From Takakia lepidozioides (taxonomy: Eukaryota > Plantae > Bryophyta), in NCBI GenBank assembly GCA_030704615.1, contig CM060731.1, positions 81,158,001-81,222,000 of the forward strand: 64,000 bases of DNA, in the 5' to 3' direction. The position numbers were made by a program, and so were the translations under genes. Positions 51,525 to 64,000 of this stretch are shown here, piece by piece (position 1 is the stretch's first letter; every line of letters starts with the position of its first letter). The notes under the pieces were generated by a model that saw nothing but the letters and a program-made list of their open reading frames with translations, made no database searches and was not told where the DNA came from.

Positions 51525-52524
51525 TGTCACGCAACTTTTACTCACCCATCCATTCGCTATCCGAGGCGGAAACTCCAAGATAGAAGAGTTGGAAATCTCT
51601 AAGTACTCAGCCCGCGCAGAACAATCAGTCAGACCTACAGCTAGTGTATCATGGGGGTGTTTCTATTTGTTTCCCTTTCAGCATTCATGTTAGCTACCTT
51701 ACCATTGATAATTAAGTATCAGTTTGCTTCATCAATCTATCGGATTCCATCAACTCATCAATTCATTCCACAGCTTCACTCAGATCTCTCTACACAGTGT
51801 GATTGTATCGTATAAGTATCAGATTATGATTTATCAGGTATCAGGCCGAAGCCATATGTCTCTAATCTGCTCTACAATATCACTACAGCTTTGCATATAA
51901 CAAGCATCTACTGATCATCTCTCCCCTTCACCGTGCTCTCCATCTTTGCTTCCGTTCTTCCTCTCCGCCCGATCCCCTCTCATGCAGAACCAAGAACTCC
52001 CAGAATAATCATCCTCCCCCAAAATCCCTGCTTCTCCCTTCATCCCTACCCGTGGCTCTAACGTTTCCCTCACTAACCGTCGTCCGTGAACTAACATGTT
52101 CCATTTGCAAGTGTTGTTCCCCACAGCGGTTCCCTGTTCTGCTCTCCGTTCCCTATGGTTGTGACAGCTGTGTCAAGCTGTGACTGGCTGTGTGAAACTG
52201 GAAGGGCTGTGACTGATGCTGGCGACTGGTTTGGCTGTGTCGGGCTGTGTGATGGCTGGTGGCTGGTTGCTGTGACGACTGTGACGGGCTGAGTTGAGTT
52301 GTTTGTGTCGGCTGTGACTGGCTGTGGGCCTGTGTTGGCTGTGTCGGCTATGAGACTGCGACGAATGGGACGGCTTTGCGTGTTGGCTGTGACTGGCTGT
52401 GTAACCCTCCTCTACAGTGCGCTGTTGTCACCCATAAGGTCCTGTGGTCTCAGTCTGTGCAAAAAATTAAGGGTACCCTGAGATCCCGATAATAAGGGTC
52501 TAAGTCCCAGACAGTCCTCTAACA
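51525..52524 (-). repeat. 3' LTR (~1000 bp)
   Basis: Minus strand starts TGTTAG right after the PPT and ends GTGACA exactly where Tnp2 is interrupted. Confidence 0.8.
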
Positions 52525-52599
52525 TTACCCCTTCCCCTCTCAAAAAGCCGTCCTCACGGTTTATTGATTGCAAAAAACCTTTGTGAATGAGCACATTTC

Positions 52600-55500
52600 T
52601 GACGTTGAGAGTTCGTGGTGGACTGTGTGTACGAGCCCGAGGTCTGTCACTGGTTGACGGAGATGTTTGAACACTACCTGGATAAGTGAGGCCCTCTGGA
52701 GGCTGATATCGAGGTAATATCTTTCAGGCATAGGAGACCCCCGTCGCTTCTTCTCTGCCATCTGAATTGCATAGTCTTCTCCCATGTCAAAGAATCCGCG
52801 GAAGAAACAGTTGTATCAGAATCCTCATCGCCTCTCAGGTGTTTTAATTTTCGAACTTTTTGTGGAATCCTCTGGGGCATACAATGTTGTCTACCATGTC
52901 TGGAAGTTTATATTTTACAACTTGCTGTAACCGCTGAACAGCAAAATGGTGTAGACACTGAGCTCCTTGGCTGTCCAGGTGAGTGGGGTACCAATTACTT
53001 GTGCAGCGTGCAAGTATTCCATGCCACATGTCCCTTATAGAAAATATCATCAATGCCAAATTTCTGTGTTGACAAATTGTTCCAGGCCGCTTGAAACCAT
53101 GAAACGAATTTGAGAATCCTTTTGTATCATAACTTTTGCCTCATATAGGTACATATGAGGTGGCACTGAAAGTAAGACCCAATGATCCCCCACTAGAATA
53201 ACTCAGAAAGCGCGCTTGCATCTTGTGTTGCTCAATGTGATAACGTACCAGAAAACAAGCAGCGTAGTATAACCCGCATCCCATGACAATACTTGTTACC
53301 TCCTTGGTCTTGGTATAAATGAATCCATGTACAACTTGGAAAGCAATTAATTCCCTCAACATGGTACCTGCTTCGTGCCAGTACTGTGCAAAGTGATGAT
53401 CCTCAATTGGTCGATTGTTCGGAAGAACTTTAGTCTTAGTTCCACTGGCAGCCAAATGCGCATGATTTGGTAGTAATGTGCGAATGACTGCGGAGGACTA
53501 AATTCTTTCCAAGCCAAATCCAACATGATGGGAATTTGGTTGAAGGGCATAATCATAGCCCTACTGTACTCCCTTGCAGCTGGAGTTTTAGGTGGGTTAA
53601 AAGCAGCATTGCCCCATACCTCGGGTGTGGTGGCTGCGGTGTGGTTGTAGTAACAACAGGTTCAGCTACTGTACAGTGACTTGTTGTGGTGTTGTGGTAC
53701 TGGCTCTTGTATCATTGGCATTTTCTGAACCTCCTGTGAAGACTGAAAAGCCAAAGTTCTGGCTTGTAAATAAGAAGCCATTAGCTGTTCCTGAGGAATA
53801 TAGACTCTTTTGTCGATATTTGAAGTGAGGTCCTCCACTTGAGTCTACAATCCATCTACATCCTCCTGTAACTCTGCTATCCTACTATAGACATTGTCTA
53901 CAGTAGTTGTGGCAATGTTCTGCACTTGCAGTCTGAGCTCATTCATCTCGCTTTGGTGAGCTTTCGTGGTGCTTTGCCCTCCACTGGCCCTTGTGCTAAC
54001 CAGACCTGCATAAGGCTGTTATCCACCAAGTTGCTTGTGGTTCCCCTGAGAGTGTGCTCCTCTTTGAGTTTGTACACTTCTAACTGCTGTTGTAAAGCCT
54101 CCATGCGCTTCGCATGAGGTTCAACCAAATTCGCATAGGCAGCAGCCAGATTATTGGCTTCCTTCCAAGCTTTGTTAGCCACAGAGAGTTCATTTCTATT
54201 GGCCATGACCGTTTGTTGTAACTCCAGGATGTGCCTCTTTTGGTCAGCTTCAACCTGCCTGTATTGCTTGAAAGTATCCTACATTGCGACAGATTGTATT
54301 CTTTCATGTCGACAAATGAGTTTCATTTGCTCACATCTCTGCTTCTGCTTCATATTTTTTTCCGCTTGACTGTTTATTTCTATTGTAGATTGGTCAAGGC
54401 ATAGTTGTGAATGTAGCACATTGTATCGCCATCCTGTCATGCACTGTCTGCAACTCCGTATGTAGTGCATTCACTTCTTGCAACTTGCTTTCATGTTGCA
54501 CCTGCATTTGGTATAGCTGTTGCTTATGTGCTTCGTGCAACTGGTCTTGCGCGAGGCCTGCCTCAATCAATTGTTCCTTGGCCAATTGCAAAGCCGCTTC
54601 TGTATTTTCCAAGTCCTGCTGCATCTTGAGAGTGACCTCTTCATCGACCTTGTTTGCACACTCAGTGGCTAGTCGAGCCTCAAACTCCTTCCTGAGTTCC
54701 TCTCTCAAGGCTGTCAATTGGGTAGTTGGAACATGGGATTTGACATAAGTCCCCAACAAATTAAGTGTCCTGCCTATGGAACTCATCAGCATTGCCTGTT
54801 GAGGGTCATCATGGTGAGGTTGCTGCTGTTCCTCCTGATCCTCAACAGTGTGATGTCTCACGAACCACTCAGGCCATTGTCCCACCGGATTTTCTTCCTG
54901 AACCACTTCATCTATCACCGGTGCTGCAGTGTCATGACCTTCTGCCTGTGGTACCTCCGACACAGGTGTGTGTATTATATGCACCTCAGGATTTCCCTTG
55001 GGCAACTGTTGCACCTCTGGAATCTCTGTCTCCTTGACCAGACCAGAATATTCATAGAGAAGGTCCCCCTTCTCAATTTCTGCCACTATCTGTTCTGTAG
55101 TTGGAATATCTAACCCTTCTTTTTCCAAATCAATTATTTCTGGTTGACTGCATGGACAACTTGTGTAACCTTGTGACAAGCCGATCAGCTGGCTGTGATG
55201 TGAAGTAACTTCCTCTTCTCCCTCTCTGAAGGTCCTGCTTCCAGTAATAGCAGTTCTCTGTGCTGCTGTGCCCCTTCCTGCACATGAGCTTGGGAAACAT
55301 TATCATGCGGAATCCGTGAAGCCAGTGGATCCGCCACTACAGTCTTTCCCCGTCTCTGCCTCTTAGTCTCGGGTTGCCCTGCTAGTCCACCCTCACTGTG
55401 TGAAGAGCCTTGCTCTTCCATTGCAGTGGTTTCTGGCTCAAACACTCCCATCTCCTTTCTTTCTTGCGCATCAAGTATGCCAGAATCAAGAATTATTTGA

Positions 55501-56070
55501 GCAATGATTGGGCCAGACACTATGATAGGAGACTTTGCGGTAGTACCTTGTAATCTTTTCATCTCCTCTACCAGTGCGTTGTACATTATGTCCGCCCATT
55601 CTACCTCTTGTCCTTTCAGGGCTTTGAGTATTTCCTCCGTGAAGGATCTGCTCAAATACTGTTGGTTCTGTTTCATGGCAATCAGAACGTTCAATACCTG
55701 GCCTACCTCCTTTAGCCCTGGGTACACGGCCTTGGTACAAGCATAACCCTGAGTTTTAAAGAAACTCCCTTCTTGGAATAAGTCCCCTATTTGCAGTCTT
55801 GCCCTGTGCTCCCACATGCACCTGACCTGCTGGCAATCGAAACAATTGCTGGAGGTATAGGGAGTAATTACTAATTCAACTCCCTTCACCGTTGTTGTTC
55901 CTGTCCTTGGCTCAAAGTTCTGCAAAAATTGTAACATGTACTGTCTATGGTGCAATGTCCAATCTATGCTTGCAATCCTTGCAATCTCAGCTCCTTCAGT
56001 ATCTGTATCGCCTGTGGGGTAGCAATCGTTTGTTTCTGCAGAATTGTGGTGCTCTTCACCCTGATTTCCT
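52600..56070 (-). pseudogene. Extra ORF between integrase and 3' LTR (globular N-terminal domain, coiled coil, C-terminal domain), degenerate
   Basis: Chain of same-strand ORFs at 55185-55955, 54394-55179, 53943-54470, 53141-53556 and 52674-53059, with an E/Q-rich coiled-coil middle. Confidence 0.6.
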
Positions 56071-56784
56071 CCATTCCTCTCACTCTCTTCATTTTAGACC
56101 CACAGAAATGTTTTGGCTGTAACAACTGCAAAAATGCCTGTAGTGCACAAAGCATAAACGTATGGTTGCCACAAAAAGCTATGGGTAATTTCTTGTAAGC
56201 CTGCGGGGCTTGCAAGCATCGCTCAAGAGAAAAGCTCCGCTCTGTTCTTTCGTGTCTATGCCACTGCGTAAGTAATATTGCGAGCGTATAGTCTGTTAGT
56301 TCCTCCATAGTTTCCAAGCTATAGCATTGATGGTCTGTCCCGTCGAGACGCCCGTTACTCAGAACGACGCCGCCTCTTGCGCTTAATTTCCCTCCAATTT
56401 CTTGATCCTTTCTCTGGCTTTCTATTGGCTGTAACCGCTGTGACTGGATTTTAGATTTCATTTTCTTTAGTGGACTTTCCCTGCTGGATAGTCCACTAGG
56501 ATCACACATGTGACAAGAATTTCGCTTTTCTGTACTTGCCGTTCGTTCCGTTCCCCTTTTTCCGTATTCATTAATGGGCCCGCCTTTCATCCCTTTTGAC
56601 GGCCGTTCTTGTCCTCTTTCTTTATGACACCTGTTCTTGCACTTCCTTCTCAGCTGTGTGTCGCGCCCTGACTTCCACGTGTCTATTTTTAAACTGGTTT
56701 CCGTCTTTTCTTCCGTCAGCCATTTTCCTGAAGTTATTATGCGTCCACCTGTCACTGATTCTATGGATCGTGTAACCCTAGTAG

Positions 56785-57056
56785 GCTGTGTTGAGCTGTG
56801 ACAGGCTGTGTCATACTGTGGTACGCTGTGATAGGCTGTGATGCACTGTGGTAAGCTGTGATAGGCTGTGACACGCTGTGGTAGGTTGTGATAGGCTGTG
56901 TTGCGCCGTGCTGGGCTGTGATAGGCTGTGTCACGTCGTGATGGGCTGTGATAGGCTGGGCTTTGCCTTGATGGGCTGTGATAGGCTGTGTCACGTTGTG
57001 ATTGGCTGTGATAGGCTGTGGTTCGCCTTGATGGGCTGTGATAGGCTGTGTCACGC
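56785..57056. repeat. 30-bp tandem repeat (~9 units) read in frame as (TQPITAHxxx)n at the integrase C-terminus
   Basis: GCTGTGATAGGCTGTG core recurs every 30 bp. Confidence 0.9.
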
Positions 57057-59664
57057 TTGTTTTCCCGCCCTGGTCATATATGCTCGGCCTAGCGACAAGT
57101 GCTCCATACTCCGTTCGTAACACTGGTGCAGCCCGTGACTGCTCTTGCGTTTCAACATGCAAATCATGCTGCAATGGTTTGTCATGGATACCACTGTACC
57201 CCTTCAACTTATTGGCATTGACTCTTCCCAGCATTTCTTTGTTAATGGTTTGTAACATGGCGGTGTTGTTATCATACATCTTTTGTATGACATAAGGTCC
57301 TTTCCATGGTGATTTAAGCTTAGAAGCTTTAATCTTTCCTTTTTTCTGCAACCATAGAACCAAATCTCTCGTCTTAAAAGTTTTTAACTTGCCTTCATCA
57401 AACTGTTCCTTCCTCTTCCTCTTCATCTGAATTCTGATCATATTATCAGCTGCATCAGCACGTACTTCTTCCACATGTTATAATTCTGTTTCCTGACCTT
57501 AATGGAATCTTGCAATTCTTCTCTTTTCCCCACTCCGTTCTCATGGTAGGTAACAGGAATTCCACTAGAAGTAAGGCTTCCATACCATAAACTAATGGGG
57601 GTTGCTATTCCATGAGCTCATGAGCGGTGAGCTCATGAGCTCATGAGCGGGCATGGCTCACCCATGAGCCGCAAAGTAACACACTTCGAATTTCGGCAGA
57701 TTTTTTTCGGGCCCAAAACTATAAAATAATCAAAAATCGAAGATTTCCGCGCTCATGCTGGAAGCACTCCGCTCATGAGTACCAGTGTACGCTCATGACT
57801 TGGAGCCCAGGCTCATGGACCGCTAGGCCAGGTCATAGAAAAACTGAATTCTGGGCAATAACGGCACCGAAATTATCCCAGAGGCAGAGACGCAAGCGGA
57901 ATTAGGATCCGGGTTTGCAGACTCCGAAAACGCAATGGCGACCTATAACCGTGGATAGTACTGTTGCAGAAGTGCATGATGGTTGGGTATAACGGCGCCG
58001 TAATTGGGCACAGGAAAAGAAATAGCCGGCTGAAGGCTCGGGAGTGAAGCCAACAACGGTGAAAGTAATTGGGCTCCACCAACCAAATACCCAGAGTGCA
58101 GGCGATAACGGCGCCGAAATGGGCCCCGAAAACCAAATACTCGGTTGAAGCCACCGGAGTGCAGCCGATAACGGCGCCGAAATTGGGTCCAGAAACCAAA
58201 TACCCGGCTGAAGGCTAGGGATTGCAACCAATAACGGCGCCAAATTGACCTGCGGAAACAAAATTCTCGGCTGAAGCTTCCGCACTCCATCCAATAACGG
58301 CGCCAAAATTGGGCTCCGGAGAGCAAATACCCGCCTTACGGTAAGGGAGGCCTTGCTCTCATTTTGCTCTTCACTCTTCTCTGTTGTGCCCATCTCCTCC
58401 CTGCTTTGAGTTTGTGCTATGTCGTGAGGCCATGTCGTGCCCGAATCACATCTATCGACGCCAGACGGGAGTCATTTTCCCGAAAGCACACGACATCATT
58501 GTTTTCCTGGATGTTTACAGGGACGATCCTCGACTTGTCCAGCTGAGAGCAATGGAGTTTCTTCCAGGATTGCACGATTCTCCTGGACCCCGGCTGGGGA
58601 GCAGGTGGTTCCTACGCATCATGGACCTGGACTTTCCGCATGAGTGGGAGCCGAACAGATCACGCACAGCGTTGCTGTATCGCTGGAATTGTTGCGAGTG
58701 GACGTATGATGAGTGCATAGGTGAAAACTTTACGCGTGGACGGACTGGCTCGGAAAGTGGGACATTCTCTTCAGTTATGAGGATGAGGAGAGGGGAACAC
58801 AGGGCCCACTGTGAAAATGTCCTTCTACCAAGGGGGCGCTATCGATAAACACGACATCCTCGTTAGTTTCAACCGGGCGACAGAAACCACTGACATTTTG
58901 TTCAAATATAGGCACCCGGTCACTCAGGAGGTCCTTGAGAGGCCAGTTAGAGTTCCTTCTTCTTGGGCGAGGGGACCATAGGTCTTGCATGCTAGAGTAG
59001 ACATGTTTCGACTCGCCGACACTCATGGCACATACATTTTCATTCAGAAATCAAGCAGCTTCCCTGTGCCATATGGGGAATATACATGCTTGGATAATCT
59101 TCTGTTAAGGTTTTTTGCAATTCACTGCCAGTATGCTGGGACGTGTCTTTGTCGTATGGATTGCTGTTTGCACAAGGTGCAGTATGCAAATGCTGGAATG
59201 TGCAGTAGGACCCTTCCCACTGGGACACAGAACTAGCAATCTTGTAAAGGCATCACATTTGCAGAACAGTAACAATGTATTTGTAGCAAATTGGAGTCTT
59301 CTCATAAAGGTGGACGAAAACGCCAGGATGGGCTGCGAAATCACTACAAATTGAATGAAGAGCAGTAACAAGGAAGCACTATGCAGTACATAGACCATAA
59401 ACGGCGCTGAAATAGGCCTCAATGCCCGTTAATCTCCACACAATGTATGCTTTACTCGGATCCATTTGTAGACAACCAAAATAAAAAAAACATGCGCATG
59501 CCATTCATGGCCAAAAACCACATTCTCATGTATTGCGGCACCGAAATTCACATGTAGCCATGGCGATGCGGCACCACCAAGTGTATAATTCCTCACAAAA
59601 AAAATAGGGTGCAAGAAGATGAATGTAATATAATTGCCACTTTCTCCTTCCCGAATGTGGAATG

Positions 59665-60066
59665 TCAAGCAGTCCGACCAGTGTCCTGCCGTAGGGCCTT
59701 GTGCAGCTCGTTGAAACTCAGTGTTGGAGCATGGATGAAGACGTCCACTGCGGATATGCAACTCATGCGCTTCAGAAAAATGTAATAAAGGTGTTTGCAG
59801 GGGACGTATGCTGCATTCTTCGATTCCATAACAAGGAAGTCCTCACAGTTGCAAGCTGGGTACTGTGAAACCGTGATTGTATACACGACACTGCGCGCAG
59901 CAGACCCGGCTGTTGACAACTGAAATATGCGCCCCATCCCGGGGTGAGGAACATCCCTGCAACCTTGCACTATGCAGGGCATTGCAAGAGCGTTGGCCAT
60001 CCTGGTGTCGTTCGCCTTTGGTGGTGGCCGCCGTCTTTTCAGTTTCCCCACCGATGGGTGAGCCAA
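59665..60066 (-). pseudogene. C-terminal SWIM zinc-finger fragment homologous to the end of the 6598-9533 transposase
   Basis: PGMGRIFQL..YTITVSQYPACNCEDF..YVPCKHLYYIF..DVFIHAPTLSFNE aligns with PGYGRIYTV..YQVTIGNFPSCTCPDF..WVPCKHQYYIY..DQFIHQATLGYGE. Confidence 0.85.
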
Positions 60067-60439
60067 GCTGCGGGGTCACCCACCGGTATGCGGGGCGAAG
60101 AGCTTCTCGTGGGAGGAGGATGACGACTGGGAATTGGATTTCGTGGAACGTATTTTAGCTTTCAGAGAATCAGGATGGAAGTTTACCCAAACACGGGAGT
60201 CCATGTTGAAGACGGGACCTCTCGGTACGCTCCGCAGCGAAGTCCTGCAGTGAGAAGAGTGTGTCCTACCTAATAACACAAATGATTTTCTGGAGGATTC
60301 CGTATCCAACAGGATGGGTGATCGGTGCACGTAAAGATGAAGGTATGTAACGTACGTTACAAAAACGGACGACAACAGCAAGTTCACATCGGATATTTGG
60401 TGCCTGAATTGTAATGTACAACCACTTGGGCTACAATAA

Positions 60440-62135
60440 ATCAGGCCTTCCATGAATTTCGGCACCGAAATCTGGATGAACATCTCTGTCATGTAACAAC
60501 TTTGGAAGCCAGGGGATGAATTCCGGCGACAGAAATAGTAATTTGTTCACCTCATGAAACTGACCAAGCACCCAACGGATGGATTTCGGTGCCGAAATTC
60601 GGATGAACATCTTCTTCATCAAATTGTTTCTGCACATGAGGGTTGAATTTGGATGCCAAAATACGGATGAATGTGTTCCTGATTACAGTCGTGATTCACC
60701 ACGTGTCCGGATATCGGTGCCGACATCCGAATGACAGTAATCCTGAATCGGCAGAATGGATGTATTTCGGCGCCGAAATTCATTCTTCATCTCCTTTTCC
60801 GACCCTAATTCTGCTGCCCTGCGGATGGATTTCAGTGCCAAAATTCATCTGAAGTTTTTTTTTTTTTTTTTTTTTTTTTCTTTGCGACAGATGAACTTCG
60901 GCGCCGAATCTCATCCAAGTACTCCCTTCTAATTTTCCTTTTTCTTCGCGAGCAATGAATTTCGGCGCCGAAATTCATCCGAAGTCCTCCCGAATTTTAT
61001 TTTTTCTCCGCGAGCAATGAATTTCGGCGCCGAAATTCATCCGAAGTCCTCCCGAATTTTATTTTTTCTTCGCGAGCAATGAATTTCGGCGCCGAATTCA
61101 TCCGAAGTCCTCCCGATTTTTTTTTTTTCTTCGCGAGCAATGAATTTCGGCGCCGAAATTCATCCGAAGTCCTCCCGAATTTTTTTTTTCTTCGGGAGCA
61201 ATGAATTTCGGCGCCGAAATTCAACCGACTCCATCCCTCCAAATTCTTTTCAGGGTTTGAGCGCCGGATTTCGGCGCCGAAATTCATCCAATGCCCTCCC
61301 TCCAATATTTTATTTTTCTTTGAAATGGATGAATTTCGGCGCCGAAATTCGTCCAAACCCGACACTTACTATTTGCTTCTAGATGATATAATTTTCGGTA
61401 AATCGTTGGAAATACCCCGTTCCGACGAAGATAACAGGAATATTCTGCATTTAATGGAGAAATCGGCATATTGAACCCCTTCTGTCAAAATTAATTGCAT
61501 TTTAGCCGTTTTTTTCATTTGAAACCGACAGTATCCATTAAGTGGTCTTTTTCGCACGGGACGTTGCCGCACATAAAGTATAATTTCGGCGCCGAAATTA
61601 TAGTTAAATGTCCAGAAATGGCAAGTCCAACAGGCATGGACAGCATCCGTCAGGGGCAATGATGGCGGCAAAGCATAGCATGGTGCCGATTTAGTCTTCG
61701 CTCTGGATGAATTTCGGCGCCGAAATATGGATGATTTCACCTCGTCTACGCGCGGACGGAGATATTCGTAATGAATTTCGGCGCCGAAATATGGATGAAA
61801 TGTGCCCAAGTGCAGCCGTTTCCACTGTCCCGGAATTAATTCCGGCTCCGATATCCCACTGACAGGTTTGCTCATGACGAATGAGGACTTGGGAAGCGAT
61901 GAATTGCGGCGCCGAAATTTGTAAGTTTGTGTACGAAAGCACTTGAATAGGATGAATTTCGGCGCCGAAATTCATCCGTCCGCTGATGAAACGTACCGAC
62001 CTGACTGTTGAATGTCATAGGCAGGGGATTTTCATGGCGGTTGGGTTTCATGATGTGCGGATATTTCATTCAATGTCGGCTGCTCCGGGAACAGCATCCG
62101 GTGAACGGAAGGTATTTCGGTGCCGCAATTCGGAT
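60440..62135. repeat. Array of ~15-20 copies of the perfect palindrome (ATG)AATTTCGGCGCCGAAATT(CAT), partly in ~61-62 bp tandem units
   Basis: Tandem units at ~60890-61350, with scattered copies on both sides. The longest is the 28-bp GGATGAATTTCGGCGCCGAAATTCATCC at ~61950-61977. Confidence 0.95.
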
Positions 62136-62389
62136 AAACCGTCTTGTACTGGTGGCTGGAACTGGCACGCGTCGTGTTCCAGTCGACTTCATCCGTGCGA
62201 ACGTGTCAGGGGTCACAATCTCTTCATCACCCATACGGCAGAAAGTGGTGGACGGTGGCAACGCTTCGGGAGACGTGGCTGCTTACACATCTGCTCGTGC
62301 ATAGTGGTTGCATGTTCCACCGCTTCGCTCTCTCGCTCCTTGCCCTTCTGCAGTGACATTCTCCTGCGTTTCCTCTCCTTATGCGGCAT

Positions 62390-64000
62390 AGTGGTAGCAT
62401 AGAGTTTGTGGAAGGTCAGGCGACTCCGGCAAAGAGAAGGAGGACGCGGGATTTTGGGAAGCCGCCGACGACACGACTTAAGCTCCGTCTCATGCATGAA
62501 ATGCAGACCTCGTTATCCGGAGACTCGGATCGCCCACCAGTGAGAGATTCGTGCTTTGCGGATGTGAAGCACTCCATACGCAATATTCTTTTTACACCTT
62601 TTTTTTGCTTTGCGTGCAGTGTCTCATGTTTTCCTGTTTGTTTGACATGGGAGCTGGGGAGGGATCGCAGGGGGCGAAGCAACACAGTCAACTTTGGATA
62701 CTCCTGCCCGGGTGCTGCGCTCGCAAGGTGGAAGTGCATCGAGGCAGGCGAGTCCTCATTCAACACCTCAGATATCGCCTCAGAAAAGCCCACCTAGAGT
62801 TCGGAAGTCGAGGAAGCAGAAGGAGCCCATGGCTTCGCCAGTAAAACCCCTAGGGAGACTGGAAGCGGAGATATTGGGTTTGCAGTCAATTTCAAAAAAC
62901 ACGGATGCGGTGGAGGCCGCTGGAGATGTGGGAGTTGGATCTGCAGAAGGGCGGCCCATTGAGCTGACAGAAGGAGAGGACGACAACGTGGTACGACTTG
63001 GCGACGATCAGAACCTGCTGGAGCTTGCGGAGGAGCAAAACCTCCAGGACATTTCCTTCTCTGCAGACTCTTATCTTTCAGGCATTTTGCTTCGTGAAGA
63101 AACATTAGAAATTCAAATTACGTGAAACAGGAAGACTTGTTGATTCCACAGTTGATCCACTGGAGTATAACGTCCTGTTCAACCATGTGGGAGAGAAGGA
63201 CATTCTTTGTGATTTGTCGGGCAAGCCATGGAGGTATGGCAGGACCAGGAGTCCTGCATTCATCCCAGACGCTCATGGAAACATGTACGGATGTTGAAGG
63301 CAGGGTCCTCGACATCACTGCAAATACAGGTGAGAACGTTAATTGAATGCGGCACCAAAATTGACACCATTTCCGTTTGTGTATGTTTGCTTGTGCGAGG
63401 AAGCGACTCATTCTTGAGTTTGGTTGTGGTTGTGTCGTATGAATTTGCAGGTGCCTGTATGTGGGCGGGAAGGATGTCGAACCGATTTGTGTTCTCATTT
63501 GAGGGGGATACGGCCTTGTACGATTACAATTTGGCGGGCCTTCAGCGTTTGCCTCCGACTGAGGATCCCAAAAACGCAGAAGATGACGTGGAAGGGGAGG
63601 AGGAAGATGAAGAGGAGGAAGTCCAGGAAATTCGTTCGATGCAGGGGCGCCCGAAGCCGCTTCCCCCAATGCCTGTCTTCGAGTGAGTTGCACCATAGTA
63701 AGTGTATTGGTTTCGGTTGTAGGGACCATGCAACCTGCCGATGATTCCCTGTTTGAATTCTCTAATGTACTTCATTCTATGTTTGTGCGTACACTCAGCC
63801 TTGCAGAGTCGTCCGACGAGGAGAAGCTGGGAGACTTGCCCGAATCGGACCCTGTTGCAGAGGAGGAGACAGAATCGCATCGGCCATTCTTTGCCAGAAA
63901 ATCGTTTCTCGCGAGTCCCCAGAAGCCTTTTTTTCTACCAGCCTATGCAGACACGGCTGCCAGAGAAGCCATCAGGAGGGAGGATAGGCCTACTCGGTTA
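62390..64000 (+). CDS. 5' exons of an unknown spliced cargo gene (acidic, low complexity), running off the window
   Basis: Exon-like ORFs at 62381-62797, 62694-63125 and 63228-63686 with plausible GT/AG borders, divergent from the SWIM gene. Confidence 0.4.

Larger units (their letters stand above)
51525..57600 (-). mobile_element. Ty3/Gypsy (Athila/Tat-like) retrotransposon, 3' part: integrase C-terminus, extra ORF, PPT, 3' LTR
   Basis: Minus-strand LVYGMEA, LKSPWKGPYVI and RVNANKLKGY. PPT GAGAGGGGAAGGGG (~52527-52541) adjoins a TG..CA LTR. Confidence 0.85.
57601..64000. mobile_element. Second SWIM-encoding MULE-like element (deletion derivative) inserted in the Gypsy integrase; right end outside the window
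   Basis: Integrase is cut at ~57600. GAGCTCATGAGC subterminal repeats (57610-57840), ~62-bp repeats (57860-58330), a SWIM ORF, a palindrome array and a divergent spliced gene follow. Confidence 0.65.

Noticed and set aside
60440-62135. CRISPR/REP-like palindromes and the ORFs predicted across them
   Set aside because: Spacing is irregular or plainly tandem. The ORFs (NFGAEIH/EFRRRNS repeats) are translation artefacts of the palindrome.

Overview
This is eukaryotic, repeat-rich DNA with GT-AG introns from a non-seed land plant, most likely a moss (a captured CONSTANS-like fragment reads like moss COL proteins). Two host genes, an intronless F-box gene (20146-21393) and a ~13-exon FIP37/WTAP gene (22774-27958), lie between two nested transposon clusters. 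Left cluster: a LINE was interrupted by a chromodomain Ty3/Gypsy, which was in turn interrupted by a large Mutator-like element. That element has a GCM-like/DDE/SWIM transposase and, divergently across a 116-bp palindrome-bearing tandem array, a spliced ParB-like + amino(N4C/N6A)-methyltransferase gene. Right cluster: a CACTA element (from 33461) hosts two Gypsy insertions. The first (33776-41773) encodes a C5 DNA methyltransferase and a PHD-finger integrase. The second is on the minus strand, has a long extra ORF, and is itself interrupted by a second SWIM-encoding element with palindromic arrays. The most striking signal is the DNMT-Gypsy. It has split direct repeats (A-internal-B-gc-A-B), a Tf1-like self-priming PBS, an internal palindromic CA-gc-TG site and a 4-bp TSD. 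This is the pattern expected if a 2-LTR circle were opened at an internal att site and integrated. Exon and element boundaries were read by eye and are approximate.
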